Assembly (NCBI GenBank): GCA_018266795.1
Contig: JAFDZV010000036.1
Span: 26,971-90,970, forward strand
Length of the DNA stretch: 64,000 nt
From: Bacteroidota bacterium
GTDB lineage: Bacteria > Bacteroidota > Ignavibacteria > OLB7
Reading direction: 5' to 3'
In this document: piece after piece, positions 1-10,684 of the stretch
Numbering within the stretch: the first letter of the stretch is position 1
Layout: every line of letters begins with the position of its first letter
Notes under the pieces: generated by a model
Databases searched by the model: none
The model's input: the letters and a program-made list of their open reading frames with translations, nothing else
What the model was told of the DNA's origin: nothing
Program-made: the position numbers and the translations under genes

Positions 1-3000
1 CGATCTCGATGGATGACGACACCACCCCGCTGCAATCGATGGCGGTGCTTCCCGGAGGCCCGTCGATCGACGCGCTCCGGCTCCCCAACCGCCTAACCTC
101 CGCCGTTCCAATCGTGCTGGAGGATGTATCGCTCACCTACAACGTTGGTGCACGCAGGGTTACGGAGTTCAACCTCGCGCTGCGCAGCGAGCAGCATTGG
201 GTGATCCTTCCGGCCTTTGCCGGCTGGCCGGCGGTGGAGTGGCTTGGGGTGAACGTGGTTGGATTCAATCTTGCCATCACCAACCCGTTCAGTTCGACCC
301 GCCGGGTGACAGCGAAGCTGTACGGTACACTGCGTCTGCTCGATCTCGCCGATATCGACTTCGAGATATTACGGACGCCCTCGCAGTGGCATCTCGCCGC
401 CAGCATGAATACCGAGTTCACTGTCCAGGACCTGATCGACAAGATCACCGATCCGGCCGGCCCGCGTGATTCCTGGGTGAGTGCGTTCGGCGCCATCAAG
501 ATCATTTCGCTGGAGGCGACATACGATACGCCCGGTGGCAACGGCCTGGATGGCGGGTTCACGTTCTCCGGCGAGGTTGACGTTGATTGGACCGTTGCGC
601 TCCCGAACGCGCCGGATGTCAGTGTTACCGTGAAGACCATCCGCGTCTCGGTGCAATCGCTCACGCTCCCCGGCGGCAACCGTTCGCGCAGCTTTGCTGT
701 TGTCGGCACGGTGAGGCTGTTCAATTCGCTCAATGTGCAGCTCTCGTTCGAGTACAACAACGGCCCGTATCGCATCGGCATCTCCACGCATCATCTCAGC
801 GGCCAGTACGACAGCGCCACCACGGCATTCTCGATCTCGCTCACGAACATCAAGCTCGGCGATCTGATCCGGAAGGTTGCGGATCTGATCGGCGTACGGG
901 ACGTGGGATTGGATGGCGGCTGGGCGTTCATCCAGGACATCAATCTCCCAACGACGACGCTCAAGATCTATCTGAAGGATCTCAACCTGAAATACGAGGC
1001 GCGGTTCGACTTCACCCCCAACCTCGATCTTGGATTCATCACCATTGTCTCCGTGGCTGTGCAGTACACCACGACAAATCAGTTCAGAGTGCTCGTGGAT
1101 GTGAAGCCGTTCGGATCGCAGAACACGACGTCGTTCACACTGCGCCCCGGAGAGCAGGGGAATTCCGGGGTGCCGGGAACGGCGGCGAAGGTCTTCGAGC
1201 TGCAGACGCTTGCGCTTGGCCAGCGGCTTACGTTCGCGGACCAGACTGCCGTGCGGAACGTCTCCGATGCGCTTGCCAGGATCACGTCGGCGTTCGACGT
1301 TCCCGCCGGTGATCTCCATCCACTCTGCGCGAACGACAAGCTGAAGTACGACGCGTCCGCCGGGATCATCTTCGGAACCGATCTCAGCCTGCTGGGCGCG
1401 CTTCACCTTCTCCTGGTGTTCAGCGATCGAAGCGTGGCCGGTGTTCGCCTGGAGGTGAACAGCACGCGTCTTCGCTTCCTCAACGGACTCGGATTCGAGA
1501 TCCTGTACAAGAAGGTGACCGAGAGCATCGGCGTCTACCAGATCGAGCTGCGATTGCCGGATGCCATCCGCCAGATCGACGTTGGGCAGGTATCGATCAC
1601 CATCCCGATCATCGCTCTCGATCTGTATACCAACGGCAACTTCCGTGTTGATCTGGGCTTCCCGAAGAACAACGACTTCTCCCGTTCGTTCACGCTGCAG
1701 GTGCTGCCGTTCCTCGGCTCCGGCGGTTTCTACTTCGCGATGCTGGAGGGAGCAACCGCATCGCGCCTGCCGGATGACTTCGATCGCAGCACCGGGGTGT
1801 TCAAGCCCGTGCTGGAGTTCGGCATCGGCCTCAGCCTGGGCGTTGGCAAGATCATTAACAAGGGAATATTCAACGCCGGCCTGAGCCTGACGTTCGAGGG
1901 AATTCTGGAGGGCGTCCTGGCGTTCTTCAATTCCAATACGAGCGCGCAGGAAAACGAAATGTACTACTGGATGCGCGGCACGTTCGCCGTGGTTGGCCGC
2001 ATCCAGGGAAGCGTGAGCTTCGCGGTTATCAACGCCAACGTTTCCATCGTGGCGTACGCGCGCATCGGCGTTACGCTGGAATCACGGAAGCCGATCGAAC
2101 TCTTCTTCGAGGCCGGTGTGGAGGTGAACCTCACCGTGCAGATCGGTATAGGCTGGTTGAGCACGGACATCAACTGCTCCTTCTCGATGACGATTCGCGA
2201 ATCGTTCCTCATCGACGCCAAGCCGCTGGGCAACGGTCCGTGGTCCACAGGGCGCGCGCACCTGCTGCCGGAGGCTCATGGCGGTGAGGCGCCTGCGGCG
2301 AGGGTTGCCGTTGCGCACGACATACCGCGGCCGGACTGGGCGCCCATTAAGTGGACGAATCCCGGAGAACTGGTGCTGGAATTCCGCCCGGACTTTACCG
2401 TTGCCGGTCCGGCGGCTGGGCCGGTTGCCACGCACTACGTGGGGATGCTGTTCCTGCGGAGCGTGAGCGATGCCGAGCGTACGGCCGACATGCTGGCCGG
2501 TACGGACTCGATGTCGGACTTCGAGCTCTTTGCCGACGCAATGCTGCTGTGGGGGCTGAACTCCGTGCGCGGCAACGGCGAGCTGTCCGGTGATGAAACG
2601 ATCAACGAGACGCTGCTCGGCCCCGCGGTGGGGCTGGAGGAGCTGGAGGATCTGTACGACGAGCTTACCGACGCCGCCGGCGGTGCCGCGCCGTTCACGT
2701 CGGACGAAGTGATCGAATTTCTCACGGGGTATTTCTCGGTTGTGATTCAGCCGCTTGCGATCAACAAGGCGCCGGGTCACCCTGACGAGAACAAGTCGCC
2801 CTATTACCGCCCTACCATGGCGGTGTTCCCGATGATTCCGGAACTGAGCATATCGGCGGACTGGGTTCTCGACACCTACGATGCCGTGTTCAAGGAAGTA
2901 TGCCGCGTGCCGCGCGATTACCGGAACGAGATCCGCGAACACTTTGCTCAGATGGCGGTGCAGTTCCAGAACACGCTCGAGACGGAGGCCAATCCGGACA

Positions 3001-6000
3001 TGGAGTTCCCGGCGGACGTCACGGAGACCTCGATTGCCGAGATGGTGTTCGAGGACTACTTCCTGATGATCATGCGTGTTGTGGTGAATGCGGCGATCGA
3101 TCTGCTGCGGGGGTACACCCAGCCCGGCGACAAGGTGACATCGATCGCCGCTCTGAAGACGAAGTACGGCGTTTCCACCACCGAGACGGTGAAGGCAAAC
3201 CGCCGGACGCCGCTGAAGGTGGGGGCCGTTCTGAATGTGAGCGGCCTGTATGCCACCGCACTGGATCTGGATACGATCGGCAGTCTGCTGGTGCGGGCCG
3301 GCGCCGATGTCACGTTCGAGATGGTGGATGAGCTGGCGAGTATCCACGCGGACCGGCCGGGATTCCTGAAGGGGGGCGCAACGTTCATCTACGACGGGGA
3401 GCCGATCACCATCGGCGCATCGGAAACGCTGACGCAGCTGGGAGCGCGGCTGGAGCCGTGGGCATCGCCGGGTGAGTTTGCATGGATCATATCGGATCTC
3501 GGTGTGCTGGCCGCAAGCACCTCACTCTACGTGCCGCTTGCGGCGCAGCACGCCATCACGGTTGCGGCAGACGATACACTGGCAAAGGTTGCGGCGCGCA
3601 TGCTCACGTTCGGCAGCACGGGCAACGCGGACTTCGTTGGCGAGATGGCAACGCTGAACGCCGATGTACCCGGTGTGCTGCGCGAGGGAACGATCGTGTT
3701 CGGATCGCAGGAGCCGTATCAGGTTGCCCCCGGAGATACGTTGCGCATCGTCGCGGCCGGCGCATTCTACGAGAGCGTGGCCGCGCTTGCCGCCGCCATC
3801 AAGGATGAAGCCGCCACCGTTGCGCCGGGCATACGTCTGGTTGTGCCGCCGCTTACGGCAGCCGCCGCCATGAACGGGCAGGACGCGCCCACACTTGTTT
3901 CGATGGCGATGGCGCGCGGGCTGGATCCGACGGAGCTCGGCCAGCTCAACGTTGCCGTGACGCCGCTGTTCGACTCCACGAGCACGGTGCAGGCCCCGAA
4001 CGTTGCAACGATCGCACTGAGCGAGCTTCGCACGGAGATGTACAAGCGCAAAGTGCTGGTGCAGGTGTCCGGCATTACGTCGTGCTTCGCGCAGCCCGGA
4101 CTCCGCCTTCCGATGCCCTCCGGATGGGCGCCCGGGCAGAACGATTTCTGGATGCTCCCAACCGATACGGAGCCGCTCTACTGGCTCACCGGCCAGCAGT
4201 TCGAGCTTCCGGTCTTCAACGATCCGGTAACGCCCGCGCCGTCGTTCGTTGTCTGGCTGGATGTGCCGCAGAACGCCGTGGGCTGGTACACGCTCCGTCC
4301 GCATCCCTTCGAGCTCACTCCGGATCCGAACAAGCCGGTAAGCGTGCCGTTCGATGCCGCGGCGATGACGTATCTGGACTCGCTTGCAACGGCTCCGTTT
4401 ACAACGGAGATCGACTGGATCAGGTCGCTGCCGAAATTCCGTCTGGAGGATTCGCGGCTGCCGCTGACCAAGCCTGTCGAGATACAGATGCCGGAACAGC
4501 TTTCGTTCGGCAATGGCGGCGGAACGGTGCCGAGCAATGTTGTTCCAACCCTCTGGTCGTTCAGCGAAGTGTTGCGCCGCAGCATCGGCACAACGTCGGG
4601 GTTGGCGTTTGCGCTCAACATCACGCGCGTGACCGCCGGCGCCGAGGAGATGGTTGACACCGTTGCCCGCTACACGTGGGCCACGGCGATCAAGGTGCGC
4701 GTTCGCATCGCCAGAAAGCCGGACGCCGGCATCGTTCCGATGACGTACGATATCGATGGTGCCGATCCGGAGGGGATGCTGAGCCTGGAACGCATTCTTG
4801 CCGACAACGGCGCGGATATTCGCAACGTGCACATTCTCTATCGCGGCGGCGGTGATTCCGGCACGGCCGCCTACAGAAGCGCCGGCACGGGCGGTGTGAG
4901 CGCGTTGATTCTGCGATCGAATCTCTCCACGCTCTCGAATCCCCAGGCGTCGAAGGGACTGGATCCGAAGAGCGTTCCATCGCCGGTCACGAACTACTTC
5001 AACAGCCCGGATTACCGGCGGGCAACGCTGCGCCTTCTCTGGCAGGGGAGCATTGTCCGCTCCGGCGGGTATCATCTCTACTATCGTGAGAACACGCCGG
5101 GCAGGGGATTGCCGGACGACGTGTTCGATGCCGATGGCTCGACCGAGATAACGGTGCTGGTTTCCTACAACGGCACAACGGTTCCCAGGTATGCCAATCG
5201 CGTGATTATCGGTGATGCGATCGATCCAACATGGGGCATTGTCGCAACGGTTCAGCCGAACAACGCTGCATATGCAGCCTCGCAGGTGAAGGTGCTGATG
5301 ATCCCGCCTGGACATGCCGGCTTCCAGCTGTATCGTCACCTGCGAACGATCGCATTCAACGGTCCTACCGCTACGGACACCGTCCACTCGCTCTACAGTC
5401 TGTTGAGTTATCGAGTGCTTGGCGTTCCGGGGCAGCAGGGATTTGCTGAGAGTATCGAGGCGCTGCCGAAGGGGCCGGGGCGACAGCTCATCCCGGATCC
5501 CACGTTTGCACCACCTCCGAACTCCGCACCGTACGAGGTGATGATTCCCGTGGCACCGCTGGCGCTCGACCCGATACCGGCGGGGATGCGCGCCACCACC
5601 AATGCACCCTATGTGGAGAGTCCGTATCGGAATATCGGTGCCACCATGATTGTCCGAACCGATTGGCGGGACGTGTTCGGGAACTCCACGATGAGTGGGT
5701 GGGCGCCCGTATCCGCACAGACCGGGTTTCCGCCGCCGCAGCCGCTCAAGGACGTGCCGGTGTTCATTGGATATACCGACCGGCTTGTAGGCCTTGGCCG
5801 ATGGCCGTCAACGCGAAGTGGATACAAGCTGGGCGGCATCGGGCCGGACGGGAAGCAACGGGCGATCATCCGCCTGGAACTGGACAACCGGCGCTACACC
5901 GCCGGGCCGGACGGGCCGATCAGCGCCACAACGAAGCGCAGCTATCTTCTTGCCGATCTCGACGTGTACCGGACGGCGTACTATCAGCTTATCTGTTCCG

Positions 6001-8741
6001 ACGTCTCCGTGAAGGCAACCGCGTCCTGGACCGCTCCGGATGCCGACATCTCCAAGGCTTCGCTGGTGGGCTACGTCGCGGATGTGATAGACTACCTTGC
6101 CGCGGGGGCCGTGGCCGTGCCCGCGCCATCGGTGGAACTGGACTTCTCGGCAGCATTGACCGTGACCGATCCCATCTTCCAGGTGTGGGTGAGCATGAAG
6201 ATCAGCCGTACCGCTCCGCTCGATCCGGACGTTGCCGATGTGACTGCGATCCGCGAGATCGTGGACGGCGTGGAGCCGTTGCTGGATCCGGCGCCGATCG
6301 GCCAGGCGGACTCGGAGGAAAAGATGCTGCGCCGTTTCGCCGCGGCGTTCGAAGGAGTGTTCACCACGCTCAAGCTCGCCACCGGGCTTTCGCGCATCGA
6401 TGACGGCCAGGGCTCATCGCGCACGCGGCTCTGGGCCGTCTCCATCGGCCAGCAGGGGACGATCTCCTGCACGATCGATGCCGCGCAGAACTTCTTCTTC
6501 GCTCCTGCGCCGCTGGCGCAGGCTCCGGCGAGCGGCACGGTTCAGGTGGACGCCTACGTAACAGGCAACGGGTTGGCCGGCAACCCGGAGTGGAAGCAGT
6601 ACGATGCGGTGGATGTCGACGACTGGGCGCGGCGCCTGATCGGCGCAATCGACACAGTGTTGCTGCCGCAGTATGCCATGCCCGGCTACCTGCTCGATCT
6701 GGGGCGCGCCGCAGCAGGCCCTGCGCCGGCCGACGGAATTGTTGATGGCTATATCAAGCGCATCATCGCGGCGAAGGAGAGTCTTGCAAACACGATTGCC
6801 GGCACGGTGACCTCGATTCATAACGAAGCGGGAGGTGACCGCGATGCCGCGGCCGATCTGCTGCTGCAGCGAATGCTGGTGCGCCTCTCTGCAGCATACG
6901 AGTTCGATGCGGTTGTGCAGCTTGGTGCCACGATTACATCATCGTACGCCGCGAACGGCGCGCCGAAGTTGTACGGCGAGCCGAGCGGTCGCGTGATGCG
7001 AGGCGATGTCGGCATCGATGACATCGATACCACCGCCGGTGCACAACCGGAGTTCACAACCTCAACAGCACGTATTCCCATGGCGAACGGGAATACATAT
7101 CTGACATATCTGTTCAGCTCGCAACAGGGTGAACCGGAGCGACTGATGGATACCAGAATGAAGTTCACGGCAACCGCCATCGAGCATCAGATCGACTCCA
7201 TTGTGGGGGTTGCGGGATATCAGGCATCGTCGTGGCTTACATTCATCAGGCCGATCGTGTTCCCGTCCGTTGGGCAGAACGCACAGCCGGAGTTCGCCGT
7301 CAAGGTGCCGATCCTCAACCGTGCGCTCCCGGCGGTTCCGACGCTTCTGGAGCAGGACATGGCAACGAACGTGGCTTCGAATCCGGGCGTTGACCTTACG
7401 CTTGCGCAGACGCGCGGCTGGACGTACGACTATGTCTACGATCGCGTGTCGCTCGGCACGTACGATGTGATCTTCACGGCACCGCGGTTCAACGTGCATC
7501 CGAACGAGATGCCGAAGCCGGGCGGGATCGACGAGCCCGATTTGTTCGCGACGCTGGCGGAGTTCGACTACATCTGGGATCTGCTGCAGAAGGATCTCTT
7601 CGAGGCGCTGCCGAATGTTCGGCAGTCCGGTCCCGCCACCGATGATACCCGTGCCGAGGTTGCGCTGCGGGTGTTCACCGAGCTCGTGGAGCGGGCGGCG
7701 CTTGCCTGGATGGCATGGGGCTGCTACTACGGTGTGTATGTACCGACGTACGAAACCAACGAGCGCTATCGCTATGTGATCAGCGAAGACGAGGAGGAGG
7801 TGACGATCGAAGGCGTAACGGGAATCTGTCACGTGATCACCATCCGCCTGTGCGACGGCACGCCCGACGTGGAGCTGCCGTGGGTGCTCATCGACGGATT
7901 CACGCCGGTCGTCCTCTCCAGCACGCCGACCGCCTGCAGGTTCTGCTACGGCTACATCGATCCGGTAACGCAGCAGCCGACGCTTCTGCAGACTGCCGAC
8001 GCGCTCACGATCCGCAACCGGCGTGTGATGTTCGAGAACCTCAACATCCTTGCACAGCAGAACGCGTGGGGCGGCGTCTATGCAGCTCGCAATATGAATC
8101 TGTTCCAGGGTGATGCCGCCTGCAACGCCGGCGCGCCGCGGCACACGAATCCGGCGTTCGTCTATCGCACGCCGATGGTTCGCTTCGGAAGCCTGCTGAC
8201 GCCGCTGATCGAGTACGACCGGCCGATACTGATCCGCGATCTGGGGCCCAACCCCGGGGTGCGCACGATCGGTGAGCACGTATCGGCCATGTTCACGGCC
8301 TTCTTCGAGGGGCTCTGGCAACAGAACGATCCCGCGATCTGCCGGAGGATCATGGCAACCTGCCGGTACGACTATCAACTGGACAGCGCCTCCGTTGCCG
8401 CCGATCCGGTGGTGGTGACGCTGCCGATTCACATGGCACCGCCGTTCGAGTTCGTGATACCGTACGATGAGGGAGAACTGCCCGATGACACGTTCACCTA
8501 TGCGGCCACGGACTCCATCACCACCTGGTTCAACAAGCGGTATCCGGAGCGGGGGCACGGAGTGCTGGTGTTCGATATCTCGGTGTACTCCAGTCTGAGC
8601 GCGAGCGACAAGCTGCCGGTCTATCGGATCAGCAATCTCCAGCTTTCGCTGAACGACGTGAGCGACCTGCAGGAGCCGCCTGTGGATCCGCCGGACGGAA
8701 TCACGATCTGCCCGGCATGGGTCGGCAACCCGGGCGCATGA
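1..8741 (+). CDS. Giant protein, paralog A (5'-partial; at least 2,910 aa in window) with tandem LysM-like modules and a conserved Gly/hydrophobic core.
   Basis: The ORF runs from the window edge with no in-frame stop upstream of the ATG at 9. Alignment with paralog B (15654-25769) implies about 400 aa are missing beyond the window. Core segment GFEILYKKVTESIGVYQIELRLPD...FPFLGSGGFYFAMLEGAT...GIGLSLGVGK is about 75-80% identical to paralog B. LysM-like modules are seen at nt ~3120-3860 (e.g. YQVAPGDTLRIVAAGAFY, KVTSIAALKTKYGVS). The C-terminal block NAWGGVYAARN...RTPMVRFGSLLTPLIEYD is shared with paralog B. G/C-rich third codon positions. Confidence 0.8.
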   Translation, partial: ISMDDDTTPLQSMAVLPGGPSIDALRLPNRLTSAVPIVLEDVSLTYNVGARRVTEFNLALRSEQHWVILPAFAGWPAVEWLGVNVVGFNLAITNPFSSTRRVTAKLYGTLRLLDLADIDFEILRTPSQWHLAASMNTEFTVQDLIDKITDPAGPRDSWVSAFGAIKIISLEATYDTPGGNGLDGGFTFSGEVDVDWTVALPNAPDVSVTVKTIRVSVQSLTLPGGNRSRSFAVVGTVRLFNSLNVQLSFEYNNGPYRIGISTHHLSGQYDSATTAFSISLTNIKLGDLIRKVADLIGVRDVGLDGGWAFIQDINLPTTTLKIYLKDLNLKYEARFDFTPNLDLGFITIVSVAVQYTTTNQFRVLVDVKPFGSQNTTSFTLRPGEQGNSGVPGTAAKVFELQTLALGQRLTFADQTAVRNVSDALARITSAFDVPAGDLHPLCANDKLKYDASAGIIFGTDLSLLGALHLLLVFSDRSVAGVRLEVNSTRLRFLNGLGFEILYKKVTESIGVYQIELRLPDAIRQIDVGQVSITIPIIALDLYTNGNFRVDLGFPKNNDFSRSFTLQVLPFLGSGGFYFAMLEGATASRLPDDFDRSTGVFKPVLEFGIGLSLGVGKIINKGIFNAGLSLTFEGILEGVLAFFNSNTSAQENEMYYWMRGTFAVVGRIQGSVSFAVINANVSIVAYARIGVTLESRKPIELFFEAGVEVNLTVQIGIGWLSTDINCSFSMTIRESFLIDAKPLGNGPWSTGRAHLLPEAHGGEAPAARVAVAHDIPRPDWAPIKWTNPGELVLEFRPDFTVAGPAAGPVATHYVGMLFLRSVSDAERTADMLAGTDSMSDFELFADAMLLWGLNSVRGNGELSGDETINETLLGPAVGLEELEDLYDELTDAAGGAAPFTSDEVIEFLTGYFSVVIQPLAINKAPGHPDENKSPYYRPTMAVFPMIPELSISADWVLDTYDAVFKEVCRVPRDYRNEIREHFAQMAVQFQNTLETEANPDMEFPADVTETSIAEMVFEDYFLMIMRVVVNAAIDLLRGYTQPGDKVTSIAALKTKYGVSTTETVKANRRTPLKVGAVLNVSGLYATALDLDTIGSLLVRAGADVTFEMVDELASIHADRPGFLKGGATFIYDGEPITIGASETLTQLGARLEPWASPGEFAWIISDLGVLAASTSLYVPLAAQHAITVAADDTLAKVAARMLTFGSTGNADFVGEMATLNADVPGVLREGTIVFGSQEPYQVAPGDTLRIVAAGAFYESVAALAAAIKDEAATVAPGIRLVVPPLTAAAAMNGQDAPTLVSMAMARGLDPTELGQLNVAVTPLFDSTSTVQAPNVATIALSELRTEMYKRKVLVQVSGITSCFAQPGLRLPMPSGWAPGQNDFWMLPTDTEPLYWLTGQQFELPVFNDPVTPAPSFVVWLDVPQNAVGWYTLRPHPFELTPDPNKPVSVPFDAAAMTYLDSLATAPFTTEIDWIRSLPKFRLEDSRLPLTKPVEIQMPEQLSFGNGGGTVPSNVVPTLWSFSEVLRRSIGTTSGLAFALNITRVTAGAEEMVDTVARYTWATAIKVRVRIARKPDAGIVPMTYDIDGADPEGMLSLERILADNGADIRNVHILYRGGGDSGTAAYRSAGTGGVSALILRSNLSTLSNPQASKGLDPKSVPSPVTNYFNSPDYRRATLRLLWQGSIVRSGGYHLYYRENTPGRGLPDDVFDADGSTEITVLVSYNGTTVPRYANRVIIGDAIDPTWGIVATVQPNNAAYAASQVKVLMIPPGHAGFQLYRHLRTIAFNGPTATDTVHSLYSLLSYRVLGVPGQQGFAESIEALPKGPGRQLIPDPTFAPPPNSAPYEVMIPVAPLALDPIPAGMRATTNAPYVESPYRNIGATMIVRTDWRDVFGNSTMSGWAPVSAQTGFPPPQPLKDVPVFIGYTDRLVGLGRWPSTRSGYKLGGIGPDGKQRAIIRLELDNRRYTAGPDGPISATTKRSYLLADLDVYRTAYYQLICSDVSVKATASWTAPDADISKASLVGYVADVIDYLAAGAVAVPAPSVELDFSAALTVTDPIFQVWVSMKISRTAPLDPDVADVTAIREIVDGVEPLLDPAPIGQADSEEKMLRRFAAAFEGVFTTLKLATGLSRIDDGQGSSRTRLWAVSIGQQGTISCTIDAAQNFFFAPAPLAQAPASGTVQVDAYVTGNGLAGNPEWKQYDAVDVDDWARRLIGAIDTVLLPQYAMPGYLLDLGRAAAGPAPADGIVDGYIKRIIAAKESLANTIAGTVTSIHNEAGGDRDAAADLLLQRMLVRLSAAYEFDAVVQLGATITSSYAANGAPKLYGEPSGRVMRGDVGIDDIDTTAGAQPEFTTSTARIPMANGNTYLTYLFSSQQGEPERLMDTRMKFTATAIEHQIDSIVGVAGYQASSWLTFIRPIVFPSVGQNAQPEFAVKVPILNRALPAVPTLLEQDMATNVASNPGVDLTLAQTRGWTYDYVYDRVSLGTYDVIFTAPRFNVHPNEMPKPGGIDEPDLFATLAEFDYIWDLLQKDLFEALPNVRQSGPATDDTRAEVALRVFTELVERAALAWMAWGCYYGVYVPTYETNERYRYVISEDEEEVTIEGVTGICHVITIRLCDGTPDVELPWVLIDGFTPVVLSSTPTACRFCYGYIDPVTQQPTLLQTADALTIRNRRVMFENLNILAQQNAWGGVYAARNMNLFQGDAACNAGAPRHTNPAFVYRTPMVRFGSLLTPLIEYDRPILIRDLGPNPGVRTIGEHVSAMFTAFFEGLWQQNDPAICRRIMATCRYDYQLDSASVAADPVVVTLPIHMAPPFEFVIPYDEGELPDDTFTYAATDSITTWFNKRYPERGHGVLVFDISVYSSLSASDKLPVYRISNLQLSLNDVSDLQEPPVDPPDGITICPAWVGNPGA

Positions 8742-8757
8742 TCGGGGAATGCATGCC

Positions 8758-8797
8758 TGCGACGACCGGTGGGGACCTTGTCTCCGTCCGGTCGTTG
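8758..8797 (+). terminator. Candidate stem-loop terminator downstream of giant gene A.
   Basis: Left arm gcgacgaccgg, 18-nt loop, right arm ccggtcgttgc (10/11 complementary). It lies 17 nt after the stop codon. No U-tract follows. Confidence 0.25.
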
Positions 8798-9118
8798 CCT
8801 CGCCGAACCGATGATGGGCGCGGCGTTGCGATCGCGGCATTGCCGTGCGCCGCTGCGGCAACACCGCCGCCGTTCGGCGTGCGTTGCTCGCAGTACCTGC
8901 AGGTACTTGCGAGAAGCTCAACCTCGACTGCGTCAGGGCATTCCTCCGCGATGGCTGCCCGCGGTCTCGGCAGGCGAGCGGAGCGAAGCCGCGGCCACAT
9001 TCCCCGCGCGCGCATCGTTCCGCCGGGTGAACGATGATGCAGGCCGTGCGGGTTGCCCGCGGGCATCCGCTCCGCTGCAGCTGATAACGAACACCTCCAC
9101 GATAACAGGCCAAGGCTC

Positions 9119-10429
<1,311 letters not shown>

Positions 10430-10485
10430 GGGAGGGCGGGCGCCGCCGCCCGGGGCTGCTGCAGGGGAGAATGCAGACGATTGCA

Positions 10486-10519
10486 TCGCGCGCCGCGACC
10501 ACCGTGCCGCGGCGCGCGA
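10486..10519 (+). terminator. Candidate GC-rich hairpin downstream of the collagen-like gene.
   Basis: A perfect 12-bp stem (tcgcgcgccgcg / cgcggcgcgcga) with a 10-nt loop, 57 nt after the stop. No U-tract. Confidence 0.3.
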
Positions 10520-10684
10520 CCAGAGGCGGGGCCGGCGCTGCAACCGTTGTGGTTGCCGCCGGCAGCGCATCGCTACCGTGAAGAACGCACCATCACCAAC
10601 AGCTTCCATCAACGACCGGCCATCTCCGGCTTCCCCGCGAGATCGCTGCGCTCGGCGGTGAAGGCTTCAAGCGCCGAGACCAGC

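Noticed and set aside
3522-5387. Long antisense ORFs (621 aa here; also 7062-9113, 20196-22697, 35666-38059, 32915-34414, 43301-45136, 45133-46482, 49508-51859, 52206-53489, 54707-57280, 57396-58697, 59922-61439, 61466-63307).
   Set aside because: All are Arg/His/Pro/Gly-rich. They lie antisense to genes that have strong motif-level support. They are typical shadow ORFs of a GC-rich genome.
8742-9118. Small ORFs (8717-9037, 8769-9122, 8845-9030) in the spacer between giant gene A and the collagen-like gene.
   Set aside because: Arg/Ala/Pro-rich shadow composition, mutually overlapping, with no SD-like sites. Treated as non-coding.
10481-10684. Upstream extension of the 1,191-aa ORF to the ATG at 10481.
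   Set aside because: The first 68 codons (MHRAPRPPCRGARPEAGPALQPLWLPP...) are Arg/Pro-rich and shadow-like. The plausible start is MAYFNRHPDS at 10685.
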